Shown here piece after piece: positions 10,601 through 21,100 of a stretch of 64,000 bases of DNA. Position 1 is the stretch's first letter. Each line of letters opens with the position of its first letter. The position numbers and the translations under genes were made by a program. Under the pieces are notes generated by a model. The model worked only from the letters and a program-made list of their open reading frames with translations, ran no database searches and was not told the origin of the DNA. The stretch is from the NCBI GenBank assembly GCA_050250895.1, contig JBFWNU010000001.1:2884891-2948890 (forward strand), given 5' to 3'. This DNA comes from Vulcanimicrobiota bacterium. GTDB taxonomy: Bacteria; Vulcanimicrobiota; Xenobia; Xenobiales; JADMJV01.

Positions 10601-12099
10601 AGAACCCAATCCGGCAGGAGCGGGGGCCTAGAAACAATTGAGGCACCAAGGTTCCATACCTTGAAGTTCCTTTCCAAATCCACAAGTCTTAGTTCTGGGC
10701 AGGAGGTGAACAACCAACGTCCATCTGCGCTGGTCAGTAGAGAGATAATCGACCCCTCCAGCTTGATACTGGAGACCTCACTACGCTTGGCCAAATCCCA
10801 TATTCTAACACGACCGTCCTCTTGTCCGAGAAGGAGCCGCTTATCCGGCGACCAGGTGAGCGTGGTAATTGGGCTCTCGGCTCTAGGAATGGTGGCGAGC
10901 AGTCGGTCGTATTCCCAGACTTGAACGGACCCATCCACTAGGAGGAGCCCGGCTTCCCCATCGGGGTGGCAAACCGCTTTCGCAACCGCCCGGCTAAGGG
11001 TCGCGCGCCGTGAAGCCTCGCCCTTGCTCATCCAATCGATCTCATTCTCACCAACCGCCGTTACAGCACGGTCGCCAGCCACTGCCAAAACTCGGTGCCC
11101 GATCGATCCCAACCGAAACGGGATGGGTGGGAGCATTTTGCCATCGCCATCGGCTCGTCCATCGATTCCGGCCACTAATGCCACTTCTCCATCGGCCAAG
11201 CCGCAGGTCAACGTCGGCCACTCGGACCCCCTCCCGGCCATCAGTGCTGTCACCGGTGCGGATCCGATCTCAATTTGAAAGCTGCGGATTGTCGGATCTT
11301 CAGCCGGCCGAAATGACCTGACATCAAAAACCCAGACACTCCCGTTTCCGTCACCTACGGCTAGGACTCGACCTGCCGCCACCAACTTCGTTATTGGACC
11401 GCCCCTCCACGGCGTCTCCGTTCGCCGCCCGTCGATCCAGAGGTCCAGTTTCTCACCTGATGCGACCGCAAGATAACCAGCCCCTGCGACAATCGGGGTT
11501 GTGATGGACGAATCGATTTGACCGAGGTCTTCGTAACCGTTAGTCTTTTCAAGATAGCGCTCAGAGAGTGTCCACATCCGCAGACTGCCGTCCGCGCCCA
11601 ATGCAAAGAGCGAAGAACCGCCGTGAGACTTACTAAAATTTGAAGAGTTCGGTGTCGGAATGACCGAAGGTTGGGGGGGAGCTTGAGGAACCATGTTCGT
11701 GCGACTGACATCCGACAGAAGGTCAGCGGGTGCGGTTGTGCGCGGCGGGCAGAACTTATAGGTCAGTATGAGAACTGTGCTAAGAAGGAGCGCGACTATC
11801 CACCACCTGGACTTTGGCACGGTTGGCGGCTCAACAACTGGCTCTGGCCCAGAACCAGCACTCTCAAGCCGGAGCCACTGAGCGAAGTCTCGCGAAAAGG
11901 TCTCCTGCTCCGGGGCACTTTTGACCAGAATTGGTCTCAGAAAGTCGCGTGCATCAGCGAGTCTGAACTCAGGGTTTCCTCTAACCAAGTTCTTTAGGAG
12001 TGCGTGGCCCCTTAGCCTCTCTCGAACTCCAACGCTATATCCTCGCCCCTCAAGAAATTCAAACAGCCGATCCAGCGTCGTCGGACTAGGAATCAACAA
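7687..12099 (-). CDS. Ternary-system vWA-like membrane protein: N-terminal helical domain, TM, WD40 propeller, TM, vWA-like domain, multi-TM block, C-terminal Amidase_2/PGRP-like domain
   Basis: WD-like repeats (GADGSLRMW, GDGNGSVWVFD, DGSVQVWE, GQEDGRVRIWD). ATVRHAGLFTPVY and FLIERRSHLDHQ (degenerate MIDAS) are typical of MoxR-associated vWA proteins. Amidase motifs IVIHHT, GAHA, SIGIE and GHRD...TECPG. Overlaps the MoxR gene. Confidence 0.75.
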   Translation of the reverse strand: MLIPSPTTLDRLFEFLEGRGYSVGVRERLRGHALLKNLVRGNPEFRLADARDFLRPILVKSAPEQETFSRDFAQWLRLESAGSGPEPVVEPPTVPKSRWWIVALLLSTVLILTYKFCPPRTTAPADLLSDVSRTNMVPQAPPQPSVIPTPNSSNFSKSHGGSSLFALGADGSLRMWTLSERYLEKTNGYEDLGQIDSSITTPIVAGAGYLAVASGEKLDLWIDGRRTETPWRGGPITKLVAAGRVLAVGDGNGSVWVFDVRSFRPAEDPTIRSFQIEIGSAPVTALMAGRGSEWPTLTCGLADGEVALVAGIDGRADGDGKMLPPIPFRLGSIGHRVLAVAGDRAVTAVGENEIDWMSKGEASRRATLSRAVAKAVCHPDGEAGLLLVDGSVQVWEYDRLLATIPRAESPITTLTWSPDKRLLLGQEDGRVRIWDLAKRSEVSSIKLEGSIISLLTSADGRWLFTSCPELRLVDLERNFKVWNLGASIVSRPPLLPDWVLTATLASLGLACLLVAMTKLSRIEPVLVRKAWEVSLRRHSQRKLTGSRWFDHNLLARLVRSLALKKASAEPVLSIGRSVKATVRHAGLFTPVYHQTTRLKVYFFLIERRSHLDHQARLFEGFAQQLLDASLPVHWAYFEGEPRFVRYRGQWLHREELFGRLNPSEVWVFAAPRSLHQAFSFQPLKWLLQLSRERIVRVMALPDVLEFPELLNRLKQSGILISPFSYEGLDALTSGAKEQLYPAEEGYPLALQLDERTWTAPRPPSPQKIEEFLNQLEAYLGHDHFRVLQSCATYRSLHFDLTLALLAGRPTGERGTASLLKLFRLPWFRTGSIPTWLRDWLLASLPREEARAQSEQVADLVRHLHDTSVPETEDGAEGSITLDDGERQRVRLRLWTALKELRASLEIGQHHSAIPTTIGSVVLGTVAALWWPRPVGILFAALLSAILLFGNGERKGRLYRALLFSIPFGFAVEPVGAVLMMCCGCLGILWQHRAPFQIRRPLSAVDRIDPERALQLVVKGSFNEMPRGGLFAGLLVWPAIIFSFPWPSGAFIAFPFIAFLVFSLYGIRRIVFTRLACRQSFLEVIFLLACFLTSLFLLDLYLAELAGRAKPVSEVLLIAFVLAMAIWRQKVARLWDRVAPERCLDLNTPLPGRAVLAILYSTSTGRFGWLLLTLYWIWEIGQLPGNSAPRWRLALSGLMLAVALNLVGAQEWLPVLACTVYLIGQGFALIGLLDQMIERLTAFGLGLGLLLVLAWGPPPGFPPPKPKVRAWPIQSMAVAPPNPFKTLDEVVTRSEWGALRAKREFKLGEAKSIVIHHTGSLPVLARNDAEGTARANMRSLQRIDFERAWDDVGVQFVISSDGVVFEGREGSLAAARKGFTVQGAHAGTKEDNSNSIGIENFGDFRKTEMPPEQWERLVELCASICYASKISPDSIVGHRDLVPTECPGNQLFSRLPELRRLVARRLREFDL

Positions 12100-13024
12100 A
12101 CTCTCTGACCCACTCTAACGAAGGTGGCATATCCTCCTTGGCCTTTACCAAAAGGCCGAGGCTAGCGCTAAGGCGCTCGACTGCCCAAGACCAGTCGGGA
12201 CTATCGACCTCGTGAAGCCAGACCATGAACTCCCCCGTGCTCGGGATCCGGACCAGTCCACGCTCGCGCAGCCCAATAAAGAAGTCTAAAGCTTTGTCCA
12301 ATCGGTCTAGTCGCTCAAGACGCGTTGAAACCATCGCCTTTAGCTCTTCTTTCTCTGGAAGCGGAATATGGAAGTAGGCGCAGCGGCGGAGGAAGGGGCT
12401 CGGAAGAAGCGATTCCGCATTGCTTGTCAAGAAAATGATGGGACTGCAGGCTGGGTTCGCTTCTAGTTTCACTCTGTGCGGCAATTCTGTCATTTCGAAA
12501 GATGGAGCGTCCTCGAAGGCTGCAAGCAAATCGTTGGGGAAATCTCTCGGAGCCTTATCAATTTCGTCGATGAGGACCAAGCTTCGCACAGGCTCGGTGC
12601 CACACTCTGAGTTCCATAGGCTGAGCTCACGCGGCCGACCCTCGCCGTCCCTTCCCCAGGACCTAAGAATTGCCTTGCCTAGGGCGTTAAAGGTGACAAA
12701 AGATGTCGGCTCGATCGTCTCTCCCTCAGCGCGTAGCTGAGCAGCCCTGAAGTGCCCGATGTGGTCGAAGCTATAGAAAAGATCCTGGTAGCAGGTTGAA
12801 GATCTGGCATTAAACCGATATACAGGCACGCGGAGCTCATTTCCCACATAATAGGCCAGTTGTGTCTTTCCGACTCCTGGATCGCCGGTGACCAAAAACG
12901 GGAGGCCGAGCGTTAGGGCACTCTGTACAGCCTTCTTTAACTCGGGAGAAGCTATATATTCTTGAGGTCGAAATTTCGGTGGTAGGGTTGCTGGAAGGAT
13001 AAAATCCCCTGCCTTCTTGGTCAT
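12086..13024 (-). CDS. MoxR-family AAA+ ATPase
   Basis: Walker A GDPGVGKT, Walker B LVLIDEIDKA, DFPNDLL, and Arg-finger FLRRC. ATG 13024 overlaps the upstream TGA. Confidence 0.9.
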   Translation of the reverse strand: MTKKAGDFILPATLPPKFRPQEYIASPELKKAVQSALTLGLPFLVTGDPGVGKTQLAYYVGNELRVPVYRFNARSSTCYQDLFYSFDHIGHFRAAQLRAEGETIEPTSFVTFNALGKAILRSWGRDGEGRPRELSLWNSECGTEPVRSLVLIDEIDKAPRDFPNDLLAAFEDAPSFEMTELPHRVKLEANPACSPIIFLTSNAESLLPSPFLRRCAYFHIPLPEKEELKAMVSTRLERLDRLDKALDFFIGLRERGLVRIPSTGEFMVWLHEVDSPDWSWAVERLSASLGLLVKAKEDMPPSLEWVREFVDS

Positions 13025-14340
13025 TTGGCGTCTCCAAAAAAATGCGGCTTGAGAATGTCGCCAATGCGCTCTACCCAAATCTCCATGGTCAACGGCTCTT
13101 CGAGTATTTTTCTGGCTTGTGATTCTATTTGCTTTAGTTGGTAGGCTCCACACCACCGCGGAAGGTGCTCTAGATTGATCTTCTCGAAGCCGTCGATTCG
13201 AATACATTCGGCGCCGGGTCCGTTCAACCACGACTCCACGTCCCGCTGCGAGAGTGTGCTTTGAGCGGATGGGTTGAACCAGGTAGCCAACTTTGCCAAC
13301 AGCCCAGGTTCGCGGTATTCTAGAAAAAAGATCACAGAAGCCTGGGGATTTCTGCCGAGACTCTTTTTGAGCAGTCGAAGATATTCACCGAAACGGGGCT
13401 GCATCATTTTCCTTAGAGTCTCTTTCTGGCAGACATATTGATAAAGGAGTCGGGGGCCCCTTCCTACCTGTGAAATCAACTCTCTCTCCACTTCATCCGG
13501 TTCCCAACTCTCCAAGGGCGGGATGTCCAAGCTACGGGGTTCCTGGGGATGTGCGGCGAGATGATCGGTGAAGCGAGAGATGACGTGGCCTGCTAACCCA
13601 AACGCTGCGAACATTTGGCTGCGTTCTCTTTGTCCGGCCCTAAAGAGCTCTCTCTGCGAGTGCCGATTGACCAGGTATTCAACTACTCCCAGTCCCGGCC
13701 GAGAGGGTCCGCACGTAGGGCTCCCATTCCTCCCACCCGCTTCTAGTTCGAACGTGAAATCCCCACACACACTGCGATAACTGTCCAACTTTGGGTCTTT
13801 TCGAACCTCTCGTAGCAACTCTTCTTGCCGCCAACGACCAACCCACAAGATGTCTTTGACATCAATATCGCGACCAAACGGGTGATTCGTTTTTGGTTTG
13901 GTATCGGAGGCTTCCCAACGCTCGTCAAACTGTTTGAAGAACTGCTGTCGGAGTTCATCTTCCCTTTGGCTTTGACCCTCGTCGCTGTCCGCCAAAAAGT
14001 AGAGGGCGCAGTTTGCCGTATTTGTCATCTTGCCAATGAAGAACTCAAGTTCAAGGTATACCCAGCTCTTCTTTCTCGTCAGATTATTGATTGTGTTTTC
14101 AGAGACAAAGACTACCAAGCCTGCCGAGCTCCTCAAACCAGCAGCGAGTTTGGGCGTGATGCCGTCGCCGGGCTTGATAACCGCTTCGTCCAGGAAGACG
14201 GAGAGAGCGTGTTTACCTACTTCGCGAACCTTGAGCGAATCATAAACACTACGCACCCAGCCGCGCTCATGATGGTCTTGACCCTTGTCCCGGCTGTCGT
14301 GCGAAAGGAACAAATCGTAATGTTGATTATCGTCAGCCAT
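13021..14340 (-). CDS. TIR domain fused to a probable inactive STAND (iSTAND) domain
   Basis: N-terminal TIR (YDLFLSHDSRDK, VFLDE...PGD, SWVYLELE). The C-terminal half starts EYLVNRHSQ and lacks an intact Walker A, resembling iSTAND. It is the first gene before MoxR and vWA. Confidence 0.65.
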   Translation of the reverse strand: MADDNQHYDLFLSHDSRDKGQDHHERGWVRSVYDSLKVREVGKHALSVFLDEAVIKPGDGITPKLAAGLRSSAGLVVFVSENTINNLTRKKSWVYLELEFFIGKMTNTANCALYFLADSDEGQSQREDELRQQFFKQFDERWEASDTKPKTNHPFGRDIDVKDILWVGRWRQEELLREVRKDPKLDSYRSVCGDFTFELEAGGRNGSPTCGPSRPGLGVVEYLVNRHSQRELFRAGQRERSQMFAAFGLAGHVISRFTDHLAAHPQEPRSLDIPPLESWEPDEVERELISQVGRGPRLLYQYVCQKETLRKMMQPRFGEYLRLLKKSLGRNPQASVIFFLEYREPGLLAKLATWFNPSAQSTLSQRDVESWLNGPGAECIRIDGFEKINLEHLPRWCGAYQLKQIESQARKILEEPLTMEIWVERIGDILKPHFFGDAK

Positions 14341-14410
14341 GTAACGGAGTGGAACTGCGAAACGAATTCGCAGTCCAGCCGCCCTTATCCTGTCAACCTA
14401 TCTGCGATGC

Positions 14411-15145
14411 CTAGCCAAAGAAGGCGTCGAAAATGTGCGGGGAAAGGAGGAGGACGAGAAAAAAAAGCCAGGCGATGTTGACCTCGAGTTTACCCAACGG
14501 GGTTTCCCTCTCCGGGTCTTGCTTCAGGCCACCGAGGCCTGCGTCGTTTTGGCCGCTCTCAGGAAACTCATCAATTGATGGGGCCTTCTTTTGTATGTCA
14601 TTGATTGAAGGCGATTCCTCTCGCCATGATCCGGCCGGGGTTCCCCCCTCGAAAGGCCGGGATAGGGTGAAGCTGATTCCTTCGGCGAGAAGCTCGGCTT
14701 GTTGTAGCCACTCCGGTTGACCCGGGTGGAGTAACGCCTCGCGACCGTCTGTGTGGAGGAAGAAGCGAATCTGCTTAAACCTGGATAGAAGGTCCCAAAT
14801 CTCCTCAGCCGCCCGACTACGAGGTATTTCTGATTGGAGCAGGATGGGAACGACCTTTGACATACCGTGATTACCAAGAAACGCGGATAGCTCATATCGA
14901 CACCATTCGGACTCGAAGTAGGCCCGAGAAACAATGCAGAGTAACAGCCGGCTGCGCCCAAGCACCCTCTCTGCTTCAAATTCGACACCCGCTGAGAGAC
15001 CGGTGTCATTGAAGATTTTGGTGGGGCGGCCGATGTGCGCCGTAATCCTTTGCTGGAGGAACACCATTAGGGACTCCACCCACTCGGCATCTTCCCCTGT
15101 GTAGCTTATGTATAGGTCGTAGTCAGGGTCGTCTCGGATATTCAT
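14411..15145 (-). CDS. TIR-domain protein with hydrophobic C-terminal tail
   Basis: YDLYISYTGED, LLLCIVSRAYFESEWCRYEL (Glu retained) and VVPILL. The C-terminus IAWLFFLVLLLSP is a possible membrane anchor. Confidence 0.8.
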   Translation of the reverse strand: MNIRDDPDYDLYISYTGEDAEWVESLMVFLQQRITAHIGRPTKIFNDTGLSAGVEFEAERVLGRSRLLLCIVSRAYFESEWCRYELSAFLGNHGMSKVVPILLQSEIPRSRAAEEIWDLLSRFKQIRFFLHTDGREALLHPGQPEWLQQAELLAEGISFTLSRPFEGGTPAGSWREESPSINDIQKKAPSIDEFPESGQNDAGLGGLKQDPERETPLGKLEVNIAWLFFLVLLLSPHIFDAFFG

Positions 15146-15150
15146 GAAAT

Positions 15151-18100
15151 TTAGTCCTCGCCGCTGCCCCTCGCTGGAAGTGCGTCAAGCACCCGCCGGT
15201 CCCAACCCTTCGGTCGGACATCGGGGCACTTGGCAAGGGCCTTGCCGGTCGGCGGGGTTTCGGGTTTTAGACAAGCGAGGTCGGCGGGCTCCATCAAGGC
15301 TCTTCGACTCAAAGCCGCCCTCGCCTGCGTCCCTGACATCAAATCACTGCTCCCAAACAGACAAGCCTCACAGCCATCCGGGCACAGTCGTCCCGCGAAG
15401 CGAAAGACTTGCTCGGCCAGTCGCTCTTCGGGGCTCATCCCGGCCTCATGCGAGACGCCCTCCAGTCCCCGATAGGCGGCAAGTAGGCCCGCCAACTGTG
15501 GCGAGCGGCCGTCCTGAGCTGCTTTCACCGCTCCCGTTACCAGTTCCCAGGTCGACGGGGCCCTGGGCATCGACTGGGCCAGTTCGGCCTCGACCGCTCG
15601 CACTTCGCGAACCAGGTCGAAGAAGTCGAACTGCTCCACGCCGACCGTCTCGCGACCGTGCAACAACTGCACCAGGCGTCCAAGGTCACCATCCACGCTC
15701 AATTCGGTCCGTAGCGCCTCGACGAGAGCTGCCCGGTCGAGCGAGCGCCACCGCTCGTGCTGCTCGCTCATGGCCAGCATCCGGTCCACCGCCGCGTCCT
15801 CGCGAGCGTTCGGACAGTCCACCAGGCCATGGTCCCGAACCTCGTCGAGGGCCTCTTCGAAGCTCTCCAAAAAGGTCCGGGTGGTCCCGTCCCCGTGGTC
15901 ACCGTTCTCCACCACCGAGATGATGTCGTGAGACTCGGCCCCAAATTGCAGAGGCAGCCGAGCGTGAAAGAGCACCCGGCGCTCGTCCCCCCGCCCATAG
16001 AGCACGAAGAGGTCCCGCAGACGCATCGCCAACCCATGCAGAAAGAGCGACCGAAGGTAACCCCGAAAGACCTCCGCGTCGCTGACATCGGTGACGATCT
16101 TGCGAAAGGTGTCGGCGAAGCCGGCCCGCTCCAGCACCTTTTCCAGCTTGTCGATGCGCCGCTCGGTCAGCAACGGGTGATAGCGCAAGACGTTGCGATA
16201 GGTCTCTCGCAGCAGGTTCATCATCCTGGTCTGGTCCCACCGCCCCCGCAACACTTTCTTCCCTTCGTCACTGGCGGCCGCGCTCACGAACAACTCGGCC
16301 AGGCGGTTGGCTTCGAAGCTATTCACGCCGAGGCCCGATAGCCTGCTCTCCATCAAATAGGCCAGTAACTTGCCCCGATAGTGGCGCTCCTCGCCCGGAT
16401 TGGCCTGGAGATGCTCCAGCATGGCATCGACCCGAGCATCGAGCTTGGCGCTGTCGACGTGAAACCGCACTCCCTCGGTCTCGACCTGATAGCCGTGCAG
16501 CAGGGTCTTGTCGGTCTTGGGATAGACGAAGGTCTGGGTGAACTCGGCGTCCTGGGTCTTGGTGTCTTTGAGCTTCAGCGACACGTCGGCCCCCCAGTAT
16601 AGGCGGGTGACCCGCAGCCCCGTGCCCGGCCGGTCGGATGAGCCGACAAAGGCCTCGACTTTCTCGAACAGGTCAGATAGGTCGGTGGGGGTGATGTCGC
16701 TGCCGCGGCCGTCTTCAGCCGCCACCACCAGAAAGCCCCGTAGGAATGAGCGACTCTTTTCGGTGGCCGGCAGGCCCGGCTCTTGCTGTTGCTTGTCTCG
16801 CTTGATGAGACCGTGGCCCTCGCGATAGAGCCAACCCGAGGTGAAGCTGGCGCCAGACATTTTCCCGCCGAGGTCGAGGTCGAGGGTCTTCGGACGGCAG
16901 ATCTTGGGGTAGATCTCGGCCCCAAGGCCATCCCGCACCTCGACGGGCAGCTCGCGACGAAAGTCTTCTCCGCTCTGTTCCTGACCGGTGAGCGTGAAGC
17001 CGGTGCTGTCGCGATAGTCGCTCAAGAAGGGGCTGCGACCGGGCGTGGGGGGCACCCAGTGGACCGTCCCCATGCCGTAGCGGCGGGTCATATTGCCCGG
17101 GGCGCACTCGGTAAAGGCCAGGGTGATATCGACAGGCACCGGGTCTCGCGCATCGGGATGGCGCACCATCAGCAGCGGCAGGTTGATCGAGTCAAACAGC
17201 CGCTGGGGCACCCAGGCCAGACTGCCACGCCACGTCGAGGGCTCTGCGGTCACGTCCAGTCCTTCCTCTTCCAGCAGCTGCTGAAACAAGGGAAGCGAGC
17301 TCTCGAGGCCGAGAATGGCGAACACCGTTGGCCCGCAGGCGGCCACGACCATCTCATCCGCCATGGTCACCAGTTGAGGCGCCACCTCGAGCTTGCCAGA
17401 GGTTCTTCTCAAGCCGTACTTTCCGGGATGCAGGGTTCGAAAGCGGGCCACGGCGTCGAGAGCGGTGGCGGCCGCCTGACCACGCACGACGAAATAGTTG
17501 CTGATGTTGAGCGGCACCGCGAAGTTGCGGGCATCGAGCATCCGCCGAGGCGAGCGAAAGTACCACGAGTCTCGCGAGGAATAGACCGACAACGTCACTC
17601 CCGTCACGGGACGGTCATCGGCTCCGCGGCCCCCTCGACCCTTGCGTTGGATGAAACTGGCTAGATTGCCCGGAGCATAGTGCTGATAGACGAGCGTCAT
17701 GTCGGGGTCGTCATAGCCCACCTCGAGAGTCGAGGTGGCAAAAATGAGGTCACTGTTCTGCAGCAGTTCTTCGGTGCGACCGCTGGTGCCTGAAAAGATG
17801 GGGCGGTGGGCTACCGTGAGAGGGTCGCCGGGGCGATAGCGTTTGCCGGCCATCCACTGAGCCTGGTCGGTGGCCGCGAAGAACCAACACTCGCCCTCAC
17901 GAAAGCGGTCACAAGAGAGCGGCTCCCTGCAGCAGGCGCGGCACGGCTCGCCGGTGGCCGGGTCGTCGTCAAGTAGTTCGGTGCGTAGCGCCGCCAGTTT
18001 GTTGGCCTCCGCATCCGAGTAATCGCTGTGCAGGCGCTTGAGTTTGTCGATCGAGTCGAGAAAGACCACGCCTCGAAAGCCGCCTTCTTTGCCGGTACGG

Positions 18101-21100
18101 CGGCGCATTCCGTGGGCCAAACACATCAGGCACTGGATGGTGGTCGAAGCGCCGGCGATGTCCTGGCCTCGCGATTCGACCTCTGGCTGGACGAAGTAGA
18201 AATACTCCCGACCGCGCGGATTGACCAGTCGTTCCTCCTCGGTCGGCCCCAGGGCCACCACCTGCTGGCGGCCACAAAGGTCACCCCACACCCGGTCGGG
18301 GCGGCTCAGGGTGGCGCTCATCCCAATGGCCAGAGGACTTTCGTCGCCGTTGACGGTCAGGCGCGCCAACAACCGCCGCAGGGCATAGCCAACCTGGGCC
18401 CCGTGCACATGCGAGTAGAGATGGATCTCGTCGGCCATCACCGCCCGAGCGGGAGCAAACTCCGTATCGCCAAAGATCGCACCATATCTGGAGTCGTGTT
18501 GCCACTGGTGGAGCGACTCGGTGACCGGCAAGAAGAAGTGAGGCGGGTTTTGGCGCAGGCCCTCCTTCGAGCCAATCCACCCCAAGAAGCACCAACCGCA
18601 AGCACACTCCAGTCGGTCGGCCCCTCCTCGGCCCTCACCCTCGAGCAAAGATAGATCCTGCGAACATTCAGGACAAGAGAAGAAAGGAAACTGCAAGGCT
18701 CCGCCAGGCAGCGCCCGCCATTCTTCGAACTTGTCGGGGTTGGACCGCAGATAGCCAAAGGCCGAGGGTACGCTGCCGTTCTGCAAGCCGATGGTGAGAG
18801 GAGCGACCCCGGGGTGCTGGTTGAACGCGGCCAGGTAGCGCACCAACCGCTGCGCCTGGTTGGCCCCCAGGCGAATGCGGGGATAGACCAGGATGGCCCG
18901 GCAGCCGCGCACCCCCCGCAGTGCGTCGACGGCTGCTCCCACCAGCATCGGCAGGCAAGCCGCTTCGGTCTTGCCCGAGCCGGTGTCGGCTGTTACCACG
19001 AAGGCCTCCTCCTTGCCAACCCCCAGCCAGGCCGAGAGGATGCTCAAAAGAGCGCGCTGCTGAAAGCCGGCGATGGTCGGGTTGTCGACGCCCCAGCAGA
19101 CCGAGAGCATGTGAGCGCAGGCCTCCAGGGCCAACTCAAGATTGGGATCGTCGGCCAGCAGGCCCCGGGCCTGCTCCAGAGTGGCCCGCAGAGAAACGTC
19201 ACGAATCGGCTTCTGGCGGTCGATGGTCTCGAGCTTGAGTGAGCGCACCAGATAGGGGCGCCGGTGGGCGTCGCCCTTGCGAAAGCGCTGCTTCACGTAG
19301 CGCAACTCGCGGGCCAACTCGGCCATGCGACTGCGAACGCCGCCTTGCTCGTCGGGCATCAGATGGCCATGTTGCTCAAGCCGGTTAATGGGTTCTAAAA
19401 GCGCGTCGCGGGCCACACCCAGTCTTTCGGCCAGCGTGGAGAGCATCACCCACGATTCGGTCACGCCGAAATTGATGCGACCTCGCTCGATATCCTCAAG
19501 AGCGTTCAATACCTCGAAGTCACCGTCGGTGAGTTGCACTTCTGGCGGTGGCAGGGGCTGCTCGTTCACTTCCGTCGCGCTAGTCAGATCGAAGGTTGGT
19601 TCGTCGTTATGGCTGGTCTCCACCAAAAGGCCCTCTTTGACCAGGTCTCTCAGCAAGGGCAGTAAGACATCCTGCTCCTGGGCATTGACCCATACAAAGC
19701 TGTTGCGCAGGTGGCGGTATTGGGGCGCGAATCGGCCTCGGCGGCGAGAGTGGATCACCTCGTCGATGCGGCTGCGCACGGTCACCTCATCGGCGGTAAA
19801 TGGCAACGACGGCGGCTCGATCGGTTTGAAGCACCAGAACCTTCCGTGGGGCCCCGTCTGTTCGGCGAACTCGATCATGCCCAGGGTTAGCAACTGATGA
19901 AAGAGGGCGAAGGGCGGTTGGTAGGCAAGCTTCTTGCGGACTGCGCTCACGGTGGCGTTGCCGTAGCGGCTCTCGAGGGCGCAAGCTTTGATGGCTCCGA
20001 AGAGTTCCTCGAGTTCCCTCGTCAGCTCTGGGGGATCTTCGACGGCAGAGACCTCGACTGGCTGTAGCTCTTCTGGCGCCTGACCGAAGGTCTTGACGCG
20101 GATGGTGACCTCGACCCCTCTTCCGTCGCACTGACGTTCGACTGCGCCGATTTTGTGTGTGTCGAAGAGGAACTCGCGCAGCAGTTGGGCGTGTTCAAAG
20201 AGTTCCTCGTCGGGTGGCACCACCTCGAGCAGACGATTGCTGGCGATCACCACCAGTTTGGTCTTAGCTCGCGTGATCATCACGTTGAGGCGCTGGGGAT
20301 TGAAGAGAAACTCGGCCTCTGACAGAGCGAATTCTGGGTCTGAGACGGTGTAGCAGGCCAGAATGGTATCGCGCTCTTTGCCCTGGATGCGCTCCACCGT
20401 CTCGACCACACAGCCCTCACTCAGCGTCGAGTTCTCGAAGCTCCGTCGAATAGCGGCGTTCTGGGCACGATGCGGCGTGATGATGGCGAACCGGTCCTGC
20501 CAGAACTGGTCGTGGTCGAGATAGCGGTGGAACAGCCTGGCCAGGTGGCCGGCTAGATCGACCTCGAATGGGTTGAGCGTGCCGTTCGGCGGGCCATCGT
20601 GCAGCAGCACCACGATCGGATGCTCGGGGTCGAGCACGGCGCACTCCCAGGGGGCTAGAGCCTCCCTCCAGTCGCCTCGCAGTTCCAGGCGCTGCTGCCC
20701 TGACTGCTCGGACGCTTTGTAGTTGCTCTGGTAGAAGCTCTGCGCCGGAAAAGCGGCCAGGGGGGCATTGAGCCGAAAAGTCTCGTCGAGGGGAAACTCC
20801 GGAATCTCGGCCTTCTTCAAGAAGGCATAGAGCGAGCCCGTGAGGCGCCGCTCATCGAGTTCTTCATCCTGGCTGGCCCGGATGGGAGCTAACTGGCGGT
20901 CGTCGCCCACCACCAGCACGCGCCCGTCGTTGGCCAACCCACCTAGCCCCAGCAGGCCGTGCGAGAGCAGCATTTGCGAGGCTTCGTCGACACAGACCAG
21001 GTCGAACCTGGGAGCGTCGCCCCGTTTGAGCCTCTTGAAGAGCGACCACACGGTACCGCCGGCCACAAACCACTCGGCCTCGAGCGGCTTGACCGTCTTG

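Noticed and set aside
13025-13231. N-terminal extension of the MoxR ORF (381 aa)
   Set aside because: It lies inside the TIR-iSTAND gene; ATG 13024 overlaps that gene's stop.
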